Translations under genes and position numbers: made by a program
Shown: piece after piece, positions 19,915 through 28,695 of the stretch
Position numbering within the stretch: position 1 is the stretch's first letter
Layout of the letters: each line of letters opens with the position of its first letter
NCBI GenBank assembly: GCA_001797465.1
Contig: MGPQ01000010.1
Coordinates: 4,028 to 68,027, forward strand
DNA: 64,000 bases
Reading direction: 5' to 3'
Source: Deltaproteobacteria bacterium GWB2_55_19
GTDB lineage: Bacteria > Desulfobacterota > GWC2-55-46
Notes under the pieces: model-generated
What the model was told of the DNA's origin: nothing
What the model saw: the letters and a program-made list of their open reading frames with translations, nothing else
Databases searched by the model: none

Positions 19915-19989
19915 TGGTGGGCGGTACTGGGATTGAACCAGTGACTTCCACCGTGTGAAGGTGGCACTCTGCCGCTGAGTTAACCGCCC
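19915..19989 (-). tRNA. tRNA-Val (anticodon CAC)
   Basis: GGGCGGT acceptor stem, anticodon arm CCACC-TTCACAC-GGTGG, GGTTCAATCC T-loop, encoded CCA; TTGACA/TATAAT-like elements upstream. Confidence 0.96.
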
Positions 19990-20088
19990 GTGTCTGAATG
20001 GAAAAATCCTTTTGATATTATAGTATAGGTTTTTTGTTGTCAAGAAATACCTTGAACAGAAGGCCCTTAAAAGGTTATATTTTTTCCG

Positions 20089-20511
20089 ATGAGGATCATG
20101 GGCCTGGACTTTGGGAAGAAGACGATAGGGGTAGCGATAAGCGACGAAAATTCGATAACGGCCCAGCCCTTGAAGACCATTTTGAGGGCCTCCAGGGACA
20201 AAGACATGACGGAGCTCAAGGAGATCATCCGCGCATTCGAAGTATCCTCTGTCGTCGTTGGGTTGCCGGTTAACATGAACGGCACATACGGGCCCCAGTC
20301 AGAGACCGTATTGAAGTTCATAGAGACCGTCAAGGCAGAGACCGGCCTCCCCGTGGTACCGTGGGACGAGCGCCTCTCGACGATGGCGGTCAACAAGGTC
20401 CTCATAGAGGGAGATATCAGCAGAAAGAAGAGAAAAGAGGTGGTGGACAAGTTAGCCGCCTCGTACATCCTACAGGGATACCTCGACAGCAGGGGAAGGC
20501 TGTCTCCTTAG
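20089..20511 (+). CDS. ruvX: YqgF/RuvX pre-16S rRNA nuclease
   Basis: GLDFGKKTIGVAISD, VVGLP, WDERLST, VDKLAASYILQGYLD. Confidence 0.93.
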   Translation: MRIMGLDFGKKTIGVAISDENSITAQPLKTILRASRDKDMTELKEIIRAFEVSSVVVGLPVNMNGTYGPQSETVLKFIETVKAETGLPVVPWDERLSTMAVNKVLIEGDISRKKRKEVVDKLAASYILQGYLDSRGRLSP

Positions 20512-20531
20512 GCCATCTCGCAAGCATTCCA

Positions 20532-21545
20532 ATGCGCAAACGCCTCGAAACCATAGTCCTCCTCCTGATAATGGCCGCAAGCCTCCTCGCGGTCCACGTC
20601 TACATTACGTTCTTCACCCCGGCTTCCCGCGACTCATCCGTCAAGGTAGTATACGTCCAGAAGGGCGCGAGCTTCAGGGTCGTCGCCTCGAACCTCGAAA
20701 AGGCCGGGGTCGTAAAGGACTCGGACAGCCTGGTTTGGGCCGCCTCCCTCCTCGGGGCGTATAAGAAGATAAAGGCCGGCGAGTACGAGTTCGCGGCGAC
20801 GATGACCCCGATGGAGGTATTGGAGATACTCATAAAGGGCAAGGTGAAGCGGCACCTCGTTACCATACCGGAAGGGTACAATATCCGGGAGGTCGCGCTT
20901 GTCTTGGGCGAGGCCGGGCTCGTCGACCCGGATGATTTCGTGAAGCGCGCGACTGACGGGAAACTCGTTGCATCCCTTGGGCTCGAAGGCGACACCCTTG
21001 AAGGCTATCTCTTCCCTGACACTTACGAGTTCACGAGAGGCATGGGCGCCGACGATCTCATAAGGAGGATGGCTGAAAAGTTCAAGGCGGTATATTTCCC
21101 GGAGTTCAGCGAGCAGGCGAAGAGATACGGTCTCTCCATGAGAAAGGTCATGACGCTCGCCTCCATTATCGAAAAAGAGACCGGAGCGCCTGAAGAGCGG
21201 ACACTCATCTCCGCTGTATTCAGGAACAGGCTTAAAAAGGGTATAAAGCTCCAGAGCGACCCGACGGTCATATACGGGATAAAGGGCTTTGACGGGAATC
21301 TCACGAGGGCGCACCTCGCGGCACGGACGCCTTATAACACCTACGCAATTTACGGCCTCCCGCCCGGGCCGATAGCCAACCCCGGGAAAGAGTCTATCTC
21401 AGCCGCGCTAAACCCGGCGAGCGAGGACTACCTCTACTTCGTCTCAAGGAACGACGGCACGCACTTTTTCTCGAAAAACCTCAAGGAACACAACAAGGCG
21501 GTGAACCGGTTTCAGAGGTCGGCAAAGAACGTGGAAAAAGGATAG
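20532..21545 (+). CDS. mltG: Endolytic transglycosylase MltG
   Basis: N-terminal TM, IPEG, LEGYLFPDTY, ASIIEKET, LQSDPT, PYNTY, GLPPGPIANPG; ATG 20532 preferred. Confidence 0.93.
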   Translation: MRKRLETIVLLLIMAASLLAVHVYITFFTPASRDSSVKVVYVQKGASFRVVASNLEKAGVVKDSDSLVWAASLLGAYKKIKAGEYEFAATMTPMEVLEILIKGKVKRHLVTIPEGYNIREVALVLGEAGLVDPDDFVKRATDGKLVASLGLEGDTLEGYLFPDTYEFTRGMGADDLIRRMAEKFKAVYFPEFSEQAKRYGLSMRKVMTLASIIEKETGAPEERTLISAVFRNRLKKGIKLQSDPTVIYGIKGFDGNLTRAHLAARTPYNTYAIYGLPPGPIANPGKESISAALNPASEDYLYFVSRNDGTHFFSKNLKEHNKAVNRFQRSAKNVEKG

Positions 21546-21557
21546 AGTCTAAACGCC

Positions 21558-21646
21558 CTGTCATTGCGAGGGGCTTTAGCCCCGAAGCAATCTCCGGGAT
21601 ATGACCGCTAAAAAATGAGATTGCTTCACTCCGCTCGCAATGACAG
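21558..21646. repeat. GTCATTGCGAG-type palindromic miniature repeat (RPE/REP-like)
   Basis: 13-bp terminal inverted repeats CTGTCATTGCGAG/CTCGCAATGACAG with internal GAAGCAATCTC/GAGATTGCTTC. Confidence 0.8.
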
Positions 21647-21666
21647 ACATGTTTTTAGAGTAGCCT

Positions 21667-22671
21667 TTAGTATATCTCCCCCCTAAACCCGCTCGACTTC
21701 GTCACGCTTCCAGAGGAATCGACTATCACCCCTTCGACATCCGGCAATCTTTCTATCAGCTCCATCCCTTTCTCCGGCCCCATGACAAATACGGCGGTCG
21801 AGAGCGCGTCAGCGAGCGTCGGGTCCTTGGCGATGATTGTCGCGGACCGCGTCCCCTCTGCCGGTAACCCGGTCTTCGGGTTTAATATGTGGTGGTATCT
21901 TTTCCCGTTGATCTCAAAAAACCTCTCGTAGTCCCCGGAGGTCGCGACAGCCCCGTTGTAGACTCTCACTTTTCCGAGGAGCCTCTTTTCCCTCGGGTGC
22001 TGGATGCCTATTGAGAAGGGCTCCTTTTCTCCTTTCTGGAAGACGACCATGTCGCCGCCCGCGTGTATTATGCCGCGCTCCACACCCTCTCTTTTAAGCG
22101 CCTCGACGGCCTTGTTTACAATGTACCCCTTTGCAACGCCGCCGAGGTTCAGGTACATGCCTTTTCTCTTGAGCCTGGCCTTTGAAGCGGCTTCCTCTAC
22201 CTCTATCTCCCTGTAGTCCACGAGCGGCAGGAGCTTCCCTATCTCCTCCCTCAAAGGTACAACCCCTTTTTCGCCGGAATACCCCCATGCCTTCCCGAGG
22301 ACTCCGACCGTCGGATCGAACGCGCCGCCGGATAATTCGGCTACAAGGACGGCTGTCTTGAGCACCTCTATCGTATCCGGCGAGACCCGGACCGACTCGC
22401 CCGCGTTCTTTGAAATCCTCGCAACGTCGCTATCAGTCTTATACGCGCTCAATAACCCTTCGAGCCTCTGTATCTCGGTAAAGGCCGTCTCTGCGGCCCT
22501 ATCGGAGTTGTCTTCCGGACCCTCCATGATGGTGACCTGCACTATGGTCCCCATCATGGCGCGGCTTATGGTGACGGAGTCTTTCTGGCGGTCTTTGAAG
22601 AGAGATACGGCAAGGATGGAGAGTACTGAGAGGACGATGAGCGCGTAGGTTATCTTTTTTTTGAGGTCCAT
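21667..22671 (-). CDS. apbE: FAD:protein FMN transferase ApbE
   Basis: MGT, FDPTVG, LGGVAKGY, GGD, ATSGDYERFF, HHILNPKTG, ADALSTA. Confidence 0.92.
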   Translation of the reverse strand: MDLKKKITYALIVLSVLSILAVSLFKDRQKDSVTISRAMMGTIVQVTIMEGPEDNSDRAAETAFTEIQRLEGLLSAYKTDSDVARISKNAGESVRVSPDTIEVLKTAVLVAELSGGAFDPTVGVLGKAWGYSGEKGVVPLREEIGKLLPLVDYREIEVEEAASKARLKRKGMYLNLGGVAKGYIVNKAVEALKREGVERGIIHAGGDMVVFQKGEKEPFSIGIQHPREKRLLGKVRVYNGAVATSGDYERFFEINGKRYHHILNPKTGLPAEGTRSATIIAKDPTLADALSTAVFVMGPEKGMELIERLPDVEGVIVDSSGSVTKSSGFRGEIY

Positions 22672-22685
22672 GGGGGACGCAAATT

Positions 22686-22728
22686 AAAAAAGGCCGGGCT
22701 TTCTCCTGAAACTGAAAACCCGGCCTTT
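22686..22728 (-). terminator. Intrinsic terminator after dksA
   Basis: AAAGGCCGGG...CCCGGCCTTT hairpin flanked by A and T runs. Confidence 0.65.
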
Positions 22729-22761
22729 GTTTTTTATTTATACTGGACTAAAAATGCCCGG

Positions 22762-23346
22762 TCAGAACTCCTCTTCGTCGGATTCGGACCTCTCCATAAT
22801 GCCGAGACCCGTATCTTCCTCGTACCTGCCCCCTTTGATCTTGAGCTCCCGTTCGTTCTTTGACTGGCACTCGACGCATACGCGCGTGAACGGCAGGGCC
22901 CGGAGCCTGTCTTCGGCTATCGGCTCCCCGCACTCCTCACACCCGCCGTAGCTTGTGTCCTTTATGCGCTCAAGGGCGTCTTCTATCTCCGAGAGCTTGT
23001 CGCGGTCGCGGTCGCCAAGCATGAGCGTCAGCTCCCTTTCCCTTTCGATCGAGGCGATGTCGTATATGTCGCCGATCTCGTGCTTGAGGACGTTCGATTC
23101 GCTCTTTACCTTCTGGGAGACCTCCTGGAGTATCTTTTCCTTGGCGTCCAGTAGCTTCTGGGTCATCTCTTTCTTGAACGGGATCTTTGACTTCGGCTTC
23201 TCTGCTGTCTTCGCCTTGGGCACTGTTTTGCTCATGACCTTTTCTGACGAGGGCTTCTTTGCAGAGACCTTCTCGGACTTTGGGGTTGTCTCCCTTTTTG
23301 CTGGGGAAGTTGCGGTTTTCTTTGTCTTATTATTTGTCTTCGGCAT
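22762..23346 (-). CDS. dksA: DksA/TraR family C4 zinc-finger protein with Lys-rich N-terminus
   Basis: DIYDIA (DxxDxA) coiled-coil tip, YGGCEECGEPI..RL.ALP....CVECQ. Confidence 0.85.
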   Translation of the reverse strand: MPKTNNKTKKTATSPAKRETTPKSEKVSAKKPSSEKVMSKTVPKAKTAEKPKSKIPFKKEMTQKLLDAKEKILQEVSQKVKSESNVLKHEIGDIYDIASIERERELTLMLGDRDRDKLSEIEDALERIKDTSYGGCEECGEPIAEDRLRALPFTRVCVECQSKNERELKIKGGRYEEDTGLGIMERSESDEEEF

Positions 23347-23354
23347 AGGGCGAA

Positions 23355-23382
23355 ATTATACAGTTTTTTGAGACTATGTCAA
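23355..23382 (-). promoter_or_regulatory. dksA promoter (near-leaderless)
   Basis: TTGACA-16 nt-TATAAT, 8 nt to ATG, no SD. Confidence 0.65.
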
Positions 23383-23484
23383 TATTTTTGTCATTGTGCC
23401 ATAAAGGCAGGCATTAAATCGGCTAATGTACTCGCCCATTTAAAATCCGGAATAAAATCAACCTCTTTGCCTCCAAGAGGCATA

Positions 23485-23514
23485 TTGACAGCCTCTCCCC
23501 CGTTAATATAGAAT
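23485..23514 (+). promoter_or_regulatory. mnmG operon promoter
   Basis: TTGACA-18 nt-TAGAAT. Confidence 0.6.
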
Positions 23515-23558
23515 ATCGTTTTAGTTTTTAACGGTAAATTACCGCTCCGGGGGGAGTT

Positions 23559-25427
23559 ATCAGATACGACTGCATCGTTATAGGCGGCGGACACGCCGGG
23601 TGCGAGGCCTCTCTCGCCTCTGCGCGTATGGGTCTTTCCACCCTCCTCGTCACCATGAACCTCGACACCATCGGCCAGATGTCCTGCAACCCGGCGATAG
23701 GCGGCATCGCCAAGGGCCACCTGGTAAAGGAGATTGACGCGCTCGGCGGCGAGATGGCGAAAGCGATAGATGACGCCTCTATACAGTTCCGGACGTTGAA
23801 CGACTCCAAGGGCCCTGCTGTGCGCGCCACGCGCGCGCAGGCAGACAGGTCCGCTTACAGGCAGAGGATGAAGTCCGTTGTCGAGAAGAGCTCGAATCTT
23901 CATCTGAGGCAGGGTGTCGTGGATTCCATCATAGTGGAAGCAAGGCGCGTCATTGGCCTGAAACTCAATGACGGAGAGGTCCTGGATACAGGGGCCGTCA
24001 TCGTCACCACCGGCACGTTCTTAAAAGGCCTCATCCACATCGGCCTCCATAATTACCCCGGCGGCAGGGCAGGAGACTCCGCGAGCTTCGGCCTATCGGA
24101 CTCCTTAAGGTCGCTCGGCTTTTCCATGGGGCGCATGAAGACCGGCACCTGCCCGAGGCTCGACAGCAGGACTATCGATTATTCAAGGGTCGAAGAACAG
24201 GCACTCCAGCCCCTTGAGGAGCTCAAGCCCTTCTCCTTCACCTCGCCGCCGATATCGAGGAAAATGCTCCCCTGCCATATAACCTATACAAACGACGCCA
24301 CTCACAGGGTAATCCGTGAAAACCTTGAAAGATCGCCGCTTTATAGCGGCATTATAGAGGGCATAGGCCCCCGGTACTGCCCCTCCATAGAAGACAAGGT
24401 CATAAAATTCCCATTAAGGACCCGCCATCAGGTCTTCCTCGAACCAGAGGGGTACGATACCTTTGAAGTCTACCCAAATGGCCTCTCCACCTCTCTCCCA
24501 ATCGATATCCAGTATGAATTTCTTAAGACTATCAATGGGTTAGAAGATGTGGAGGTCTTGCGCCCCGGCTACGCCATAGAGTACGACTATGTAGACCCGA
24601 CTGAGCTTAAGCTCACGCTTGAGACGAAACGCGTTGAAGGGCTCTACCTTGCCGGCCAGATAAACGGCACCTCAGGCTACGAAGAGGCCGCGGCTCAGGG
24701 GCTCATGGCCGGGATGAACGCGGCGCTCAAACTAAAATTCAGGCCTCCGCTCGTACTCGACAGGTCCGAGGCCTACATCGGCGTCATGATAGACGACCTC
24801 GTCACAAAGGGCACCAGGGAACCTTACCGGATGTTCACCTCCCGCGCTGAGTACCGCCTCATCCTCAGGGAAGATAACGCCGAGACAAGGCTACGCGAAA
24901 AGGGGTTTGAAGCCGGGCTCGTAAAAGAAGACGTTTACGCCTCCTTCCTCCTGAAAAAAGAGGCGCTCGATGGACTGGCCCGCCTTATTGAGCGCGAGCG
25001 CATAAACCCGACCCAGGAGGTGAACTCGGCCCTCATCAATCTCGGCTCTACGGAATTAAAGAAGTCCAGCACCTTAAAAGAGCTCCTCCGTAGACCCGGG
25101 ATGGACCTTAAAACCGTCCTCTCCCTCAAGGGCCTGCCAAATACCGCCCCCCCTTCCATCGCCGAGGCGATTGAGGTCGAGGTCAAATACGAAGGCTATA
25201 TCAAGAGACAGAACGAGGAGACCGGAAGGTTCAAAAAAATAGAAGGCATTAGGATACCCCAAGGCATCATTTTCGAAGAGGTCTCTGGGCTCTCGTCTGA
25301 AATAAGGGAGAAGCTCAGGAAGACCAGACCCGAGTCCATTGGACAGGCATCGAGGATATCAGGCGTGACACCCGCCGCCATCTCCATGCTAATGGTCCAC
25401 CTTAAAAAGATAGGCACCTACGGTTAA
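23559..25427 (+). CDS. mnmG: tRNA uridine-5-carboxymethylaminomethyl modification enzyme MnmG (start codon non-canonical, probably ATC)
   Basis: In-frame [15 protein letters not shown] lies upstream of the first ATG (23628); [42 protein letters not shown]. Identity is secure, exact start uncertain. Confidence 0.9.
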   Translation: MRYDCIVIGGGHAGCEASLASARMGLSTLLVTMNLDTIGQMSCNPAIGGIAKGHLVKEIDALGGEMAKAIDDASIQFRTLNDSKGPAVRATRAQADRSAYRQRMKSVVEKSSNLHLRQGVVDSIIVEARRVIGLKLNDGEVLDTGAVIVTTGTFLKGLIHIGLHNYPGGRAGDSASFGLSDSLRSLGFSMGRMKTGTCPRLDSRTIDYSRVEEQALQPLEELKPFSFTSPPISRKMLPCHITYTNDATHRVIRENLERSPLYSGIIEGIGPRYCPSIEDKVIKFPLRTRHQVFLEPEGYDTFEVYPNGLSTSLPIDIQYEFLKTINGLEDVEVLRPGYAIEYDYVDPTELKLTLETKRVEGLYLAGQINGTSGYEEAAAQGLMAGMNAALKLKFRPPLVLDRSEAYIGVMIDDLVTKGTREPYRMFTSRAEYRLILREDNAETRLREKGFEAGLVKEDVYASFLLKKEALDGLARLIERERINPTQEVNSALINLGSTELKKSSTLKELLRRPGMDLKTVLSLKGLPNTAPPSIAEAIEVEVKYEGYIKRQNEETGRFKKIEGIRIPQGIIFEEVSGLSSEIREKLRKTRPESIGQASRISGVTPAAISMLMVHLKKIGTYG

Positions 25428-25428
25428 A

Positions 25429-25444
25429 TGTTCCACGTGGAACA
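25429..25444. promoter_or_regulatory. parS site 1 (inside a 36-bp perfect palindrome)
   Basis: TGTTCCACGTGGAACA matches the parS consensus TGTTNCACGTGNAACA; near parAB. Confidence 0.92.
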
Positions 25445-25481
25445 TTTAACCGTATATCCCTCATAAAACTCTTTCCAGAGG

Positions 25482-25497
25482 TGTTCCACGTGGAACA
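25482..25497. promoter_or_regulatory. parS site 2, overlapping the rsmG initiation region
   Basis: TGTTCCACGTGGAACA. Confidence 0.92.
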
Positions 25498-26164
25498 TTT
25501 AGTCAAGGCAAACGAAATAGAATTAAAGACCCTTCTCAGGCGTGGGGCAGAAGGGCTCGGCGTTATTTTGTCTGAAGAAGCTGTCTCAAGGTTTATGGAG
25601 TATCTCAAGGAGCTCAAGGCCTGGAACAGAAAGGTCAACCTTACGGCGATCGAGGAGGAGAGGGAGATAATTATAAGACATTTTCTTGATTCTCTCACGC
25701 CCTACGCCTTTCTTGAGGGAGCGGGGAGGCTCCTGGACATTGGCGCGGGCGGGGGTTTTCCGGGGATACCCTTAAAAATAGCTACCCCTTCGATGTATGT
25801 CTGCCTGATTGATTCAGTATCAAAAAAGGTCCACTTCATGCGTCACGTTATAAGGAAACTCGGGCTTGTGGGCATAGACGCGGAGTCAGTAAGGGCAGAG
25901 GACTTGGGTTTTATAGAAAAAAACCGGGGCAAATTCGACGTTGTCACGTCCAGGGCCTTTACAGAACTAACGGGCTTTGTTGAGGTGGCCCTGCCATACC
26001 TCAGGCCCAGCGGGCGTATTATAGCAGTCAAGGGGCCGAGTGTGGCCGAAGAGATCGCCCATCTTAAAGACTTCCCTGGTATAACGGGGATCGAGACCCA
26101 TAGAATCAAGACACCCTTCTCAAAGAGGGAGACTACGATAGTAGTGATAAAGAAGGCAGAGTAA
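25490..26164 (+). CDS. rsmG: 16S rRNA m7G527 methyltransferase RsmG
   Basis: WNRKVNLTA, HFLDSL, LDIGAGGGFPGIPL, DSVSKK, RAE, SRAF; GTG 25490 follows GAGGTG (GTG 25481 is the alternative). Confidence 0.92.
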   Translation: MEHLVKANEIELKTLLRRGAEGLGVILSEEAVSRFMEYLKELKAWNRKVNLTAIEEEREIIIRHFLDSLTPYAFLEGAGRLLDIGAGGGFPGIPLKIATPSMYVCLIDSVSKKVHFMRHVIRKLGLVGIDAESVRAEDLGFIEKNRGKFDVVTSRAFTELTGFVEVALPYLRPSGRIIAVKGPSVAEEIAHLKDFPGITGIETHRIKTPFSKRETTIVVIKKAE

Positions 26165-26196
26165 TCCCCCCTCAGTCCCCCTTTAGAAAGGGGGAA
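26162..26196. repeat. CCCCCTTT-N-AAAGGGGG short palindromic repeat
   Basis: TAATCCCCCCTCAGTCCCCCTTTAGAAAGGGGGAA; related reverse copy at 28447-28485. Confidence 0.6.
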
Positions 26197-26213
26197 GTGT
26201 CATTAAGATGGGA

Positions 26214-26229
26214 TGTTCCACGTGGAACA
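26214..26229. promoter_or_regulatory. parS site 3, upstream of parA
   Basis: GA-TGTTCCACGTGGAACA-TC. Confidence 0.92.
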
Positions 26230-26297
26230 TCTCCTGAAGGTACATTTCTCTTGCAATCTCCCTGAAAACTGTTTTAAACTTTCCCGAACCTCAAAGG

Positions 26298-27068
26298 ATG
26301 GACATGGGCCGTATAATCTCGATAGCGAACCAGAAGGGTGGGGTCGGCAAGACCACGACCGCCGTGAACCTTGCCGCCTCGCTTGCCGTCGCTGAAAAAA
26401 AGGTCCTTTTGATAGACTTCGACCCCCAGGGAAACGCCACAAGCGGACTTGGGGAGTCTAAGAACGGCTCGAGCGGCATCTATCACGCCATGATAGAGCA
26501 GGCCGACCTCCGTGCGATCCTCAAGAACACGGAGCTACGCTTCCTTAAGCTCATCCCGTCGTCCATAGACCTCATAGGCGCCGAGGTCGAGCTTGTAGAC
26601 GACCCGCAAAGGGAGTACAGGCTAAAAAGCTGTCTAACGACTATCAAGGACCACTTCGACTACGTCATCATTGACTGCCCGCCTTCTTTAAGCCTCCTTA
26701 CTGTAAACGCCCTTGTGGCATCGAACTCGGTCCTCATACCCCTCCAGTGCGAGTATTACGCCCTCGAAGGCATAAGCCAGATAATGAGGACCATAGAGCT
26801 GATAAAGGCAAAGCTCAATCCGGCCCTTGAGATAGAAGGCATACTCCTTACCATGTTCGATTCCAGAAATAACCTCGCGCACCAGGTCGAGGACGACATA
26901 AGGGAGCACTTCAAGGAAAAGACCTTCAAGACCGTGATACCGAGGAATGTGCGCCTGTCAGAGTCCCCATCATTCGGGAAACCCGTAATACTCTATGACG
27001 TCCACTCGAGGGGGGCGCTAAGCTACATGGAGCTCGCCAAAGAGATAATCATTGGCGACCGTTCTTAA
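26298..27068 (+). CDS. parA: Chromosome partitioning ATPase ParA/Soj
   Basis: NQKGGVGKTTT, DPQGNAT, DCPPSL, PLQCEYYALEG, PRNVRLSESPS. Confidence 0.95.
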   Translation: MDMGRIISIANQKGGVGKTTTAVNLAASLAVAEKKVLLIDFDPQGNATSGLGESKNGSSGIYHAMIEQADLRAILKNTELRFLKLIPSSIDLIGAEVELVDDPQREYRLKSCLTTIKDHFDYVIIDCPPSLSLLTVNALVASNSVLIPLQCEYYALEGISQIMRTIELIKAKLNPALEIEGILLTMFDSRNNLAHQVEDDIREHFKEKTFKTVIPRNVRLSESPSFGKPVILYDVHSRGALSYMELAKEIIIGDRS

Positions 27069-27110
27069 ATAACTAAATAAATCTAAACACTTACAATAAA
27101 GAGGCAGGCC

Positions 27111-27977
27111 ATGCTCAACAAAAAAAAGGTGCTTGGAAGGGGTTTAAGCGCGCTCATCGGAGAGGCACAGCCACAGAGGGAGCCCAGAGAGGAGAGGGAA
27201 AAATTCTTTCTCTGCCCGATAACCGATATAAGCCCCAATAAGTCACAGCCGAGAAAGACGTTCGACGAGGCAAGGTTAAGGGAACTATGCGATTCTATTA
27301 AGGAAAAAGGTATTATAGAGCCCCTTGTCATAAGGAGGACGGGGAACGGATACGAGCTCATCGCCGGGGAGAGGCGCTGGAGGGCGTCCCGCATGGCCGG
27401 TCTGACGGAAGTCCCGGTAGTCGTTTTAAACGCTAACGACACAGAGGCGTTGGAGCTCGCCATCATCGAGAACATACAGCGGGAGGACTTGAACGCCGTA
27501 GAGGAGGCCGAGTCGTACAAGTCCCTCATGGCCTTCGGGCTCACACAGGACGAGGTCGCACTCAAGGTCGGAAAAGAGCGAGCGACGGTCGCAAACTACT
27601 TAAGGCTCCTGAAGCTCCCGACAGAAGTAAGAGACGAGATAGTCAAAGGCAACATCTCGATGGGGCACGCAAGGGCGCTTTTATCGATTGAGGGCCACTC
27701 CGCGCAGGTCGAGGCCTGCAGGGCCATAATCACAAAAGGGCTCTCTGTCCGGGAAGCAGAGGCGCTCGCGAACCGGAGCGGTACAAAGACGATAAAGAAA
27801 AAAAGTGACGCCGAAAAAGGAGAGGGGACAGAGGTCGAGGACGAGCTCCGGGGGATATTCGGCACAAAGGTCGCGCTGAAGGAGAGGAGCGGCAAGGGAA
27901 AGATAGAGATAAACTATTATTCCGCCGATGAGCGCGAGAGGGTAATAGAGCTCCTCCGTTCAGTCAGCGGCAGCTAA
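27111..27977 (+). CDS. parB: Chromosome partitioning CTPase ParB/Spo0J
   Basis: LGRGLSALI, QPRK, AGERRWRAS, IENIQREDL, GHARALL. Confidence 0.95.
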   Translation: MLNKKKVLGRGLSALIGEAQPQREPREEREKFFLCPITDISPNKSQPRKTFDEARLRELCDSIKEKGIIEPLVIRRTGNGYELIAGERRWRASRMAGLTEVPVVVLNANDTEALELAIIENIQREDLNAVEEAESYKSLMAFGLTQDEVALKVGKERATVANYLRLLKLPTEVRDEIVKGNISMGHARALLSIEGHSAQVEACRAIITKGLSVREAEALANRSGTKTIKKKSDAEKGEGTEVEDELRGIFGTKVALKERSGKGKIEINYYSADERERVIELLRSVSGS

Positions 27978-27998
27978 TGCTTTTCTGATAGAGGGTAT

Positions 27999-28412
27999 AT
28001 GTTCAATAGAGACGGTAAGAAGAAAGAAGGAGAGGTCGTAGGCTACATCGGAAAGGGCGTGGAGATCAACGGCAGGCTCTCTTTTGAATCGACCGTCCGT
28101 ATCGACGGGACCGTCAAGGGAGAGATAGAGACCTCGGGCACGCTCATCATAGGCGATAGCGGTTGCGTCGAAGGGACAATAAGGGTCGGCACGACGATAA
28201 TCACCGGGGAGGTGCGCGGTATTGTCGAGGCCTCTAAAAGGGTGGAGCTCAAGTCCCCCTGCAAGCTATACGGAGATATAAAGACGCCGTCCCTCATGAT
28301 AGGCGAGGGCGCGATATTCGAGGGCAACTGCACCATGACGGGGTCGAGCGGGAGAGAGACCTTCCAGTACGGGCTTAAAGGCGACGAGCCGGGCGATGGT
28401 CTGTTGCAGTAA
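27999..28412 (+). CDS. Bactofilin (polymer-forming cytoskeletal protein)
   Basis: IGKGVEINGRL...VRIDG..KGEI...LIIG..G.VEG...GDI....L.I.EGA.FEGNC beta-helix; 21 nt after parB. Confidence 0.88.
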   Translation: MFNRDGKKKEGEVVGYIGKGVEINGRLSFESTVRIDGTVKGEIETSGTLIIGDSGCVEGTIRVGTTIITGEVRGIVEASKRVELKSPCKLYGDIKTPSLMIGEGAIFEGNCTMTGSSGRETFQYGLKGDEPGDGLLQ

Positions 28413-28446
28413 AAAATATTTTCTATTTTACTAAACCATAGTCGCG

Positions 28447-28485
28447 CCCCTACCCCTCTTTTCTAAAGAGGGGTAGGGGGAGATT
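28447..28485. repeat. Short palindromic repeat
   Basis: CCCCTACCCCTCTTT-TCT-AAAGAGGGGTAGGGG-GAGATT. Confidence 0.6.
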
Positions 28486-28542
28486 AATTAAAAATGGATT
28501 TTATAAACCTTTACAATTGTCTGCATGACTTAAGGTTTATGA

Positions 28543-28630
28543 GACTGGATTCCCGATAAAGGCCTCGGGAATGACACGCAAAAACATTTATAACACTGCC
28601 ATTCCGCATGTTTCAAGCGGGAATCCAGTC
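28543..28630. repeat. ATTCCC..GGGAAT-type inverted repeat pair (dRS3/RPE-like)
   Basis: GACTGGATTCCCG...CGGGAATGAC and GCCATTCC...CGGGAATCCAGTC in inverted arrangement. Confidence 0.7.
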
Positions 28631-28695
28631 CCGGCTAAGCAAGGGCGTAATCAGCCCTGAATCGAAATGCGGTCTTTGCGCATTGAAAGCCCAAA

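Noticed and set aside
18820-19989. Prophage or island integrated at tRNA-Val
   Set aside because: No integrase, no duplicated tRNA 3' end and no other phage genes; only a lone CI-like HTH
26213-26395. 60-aa ORF starting MFHVEH (and the same N-terminus on the rsmG ORF)
   Set aside because: MFHVEH is simply the translation of parS; the ORF overlaps parA out of frame
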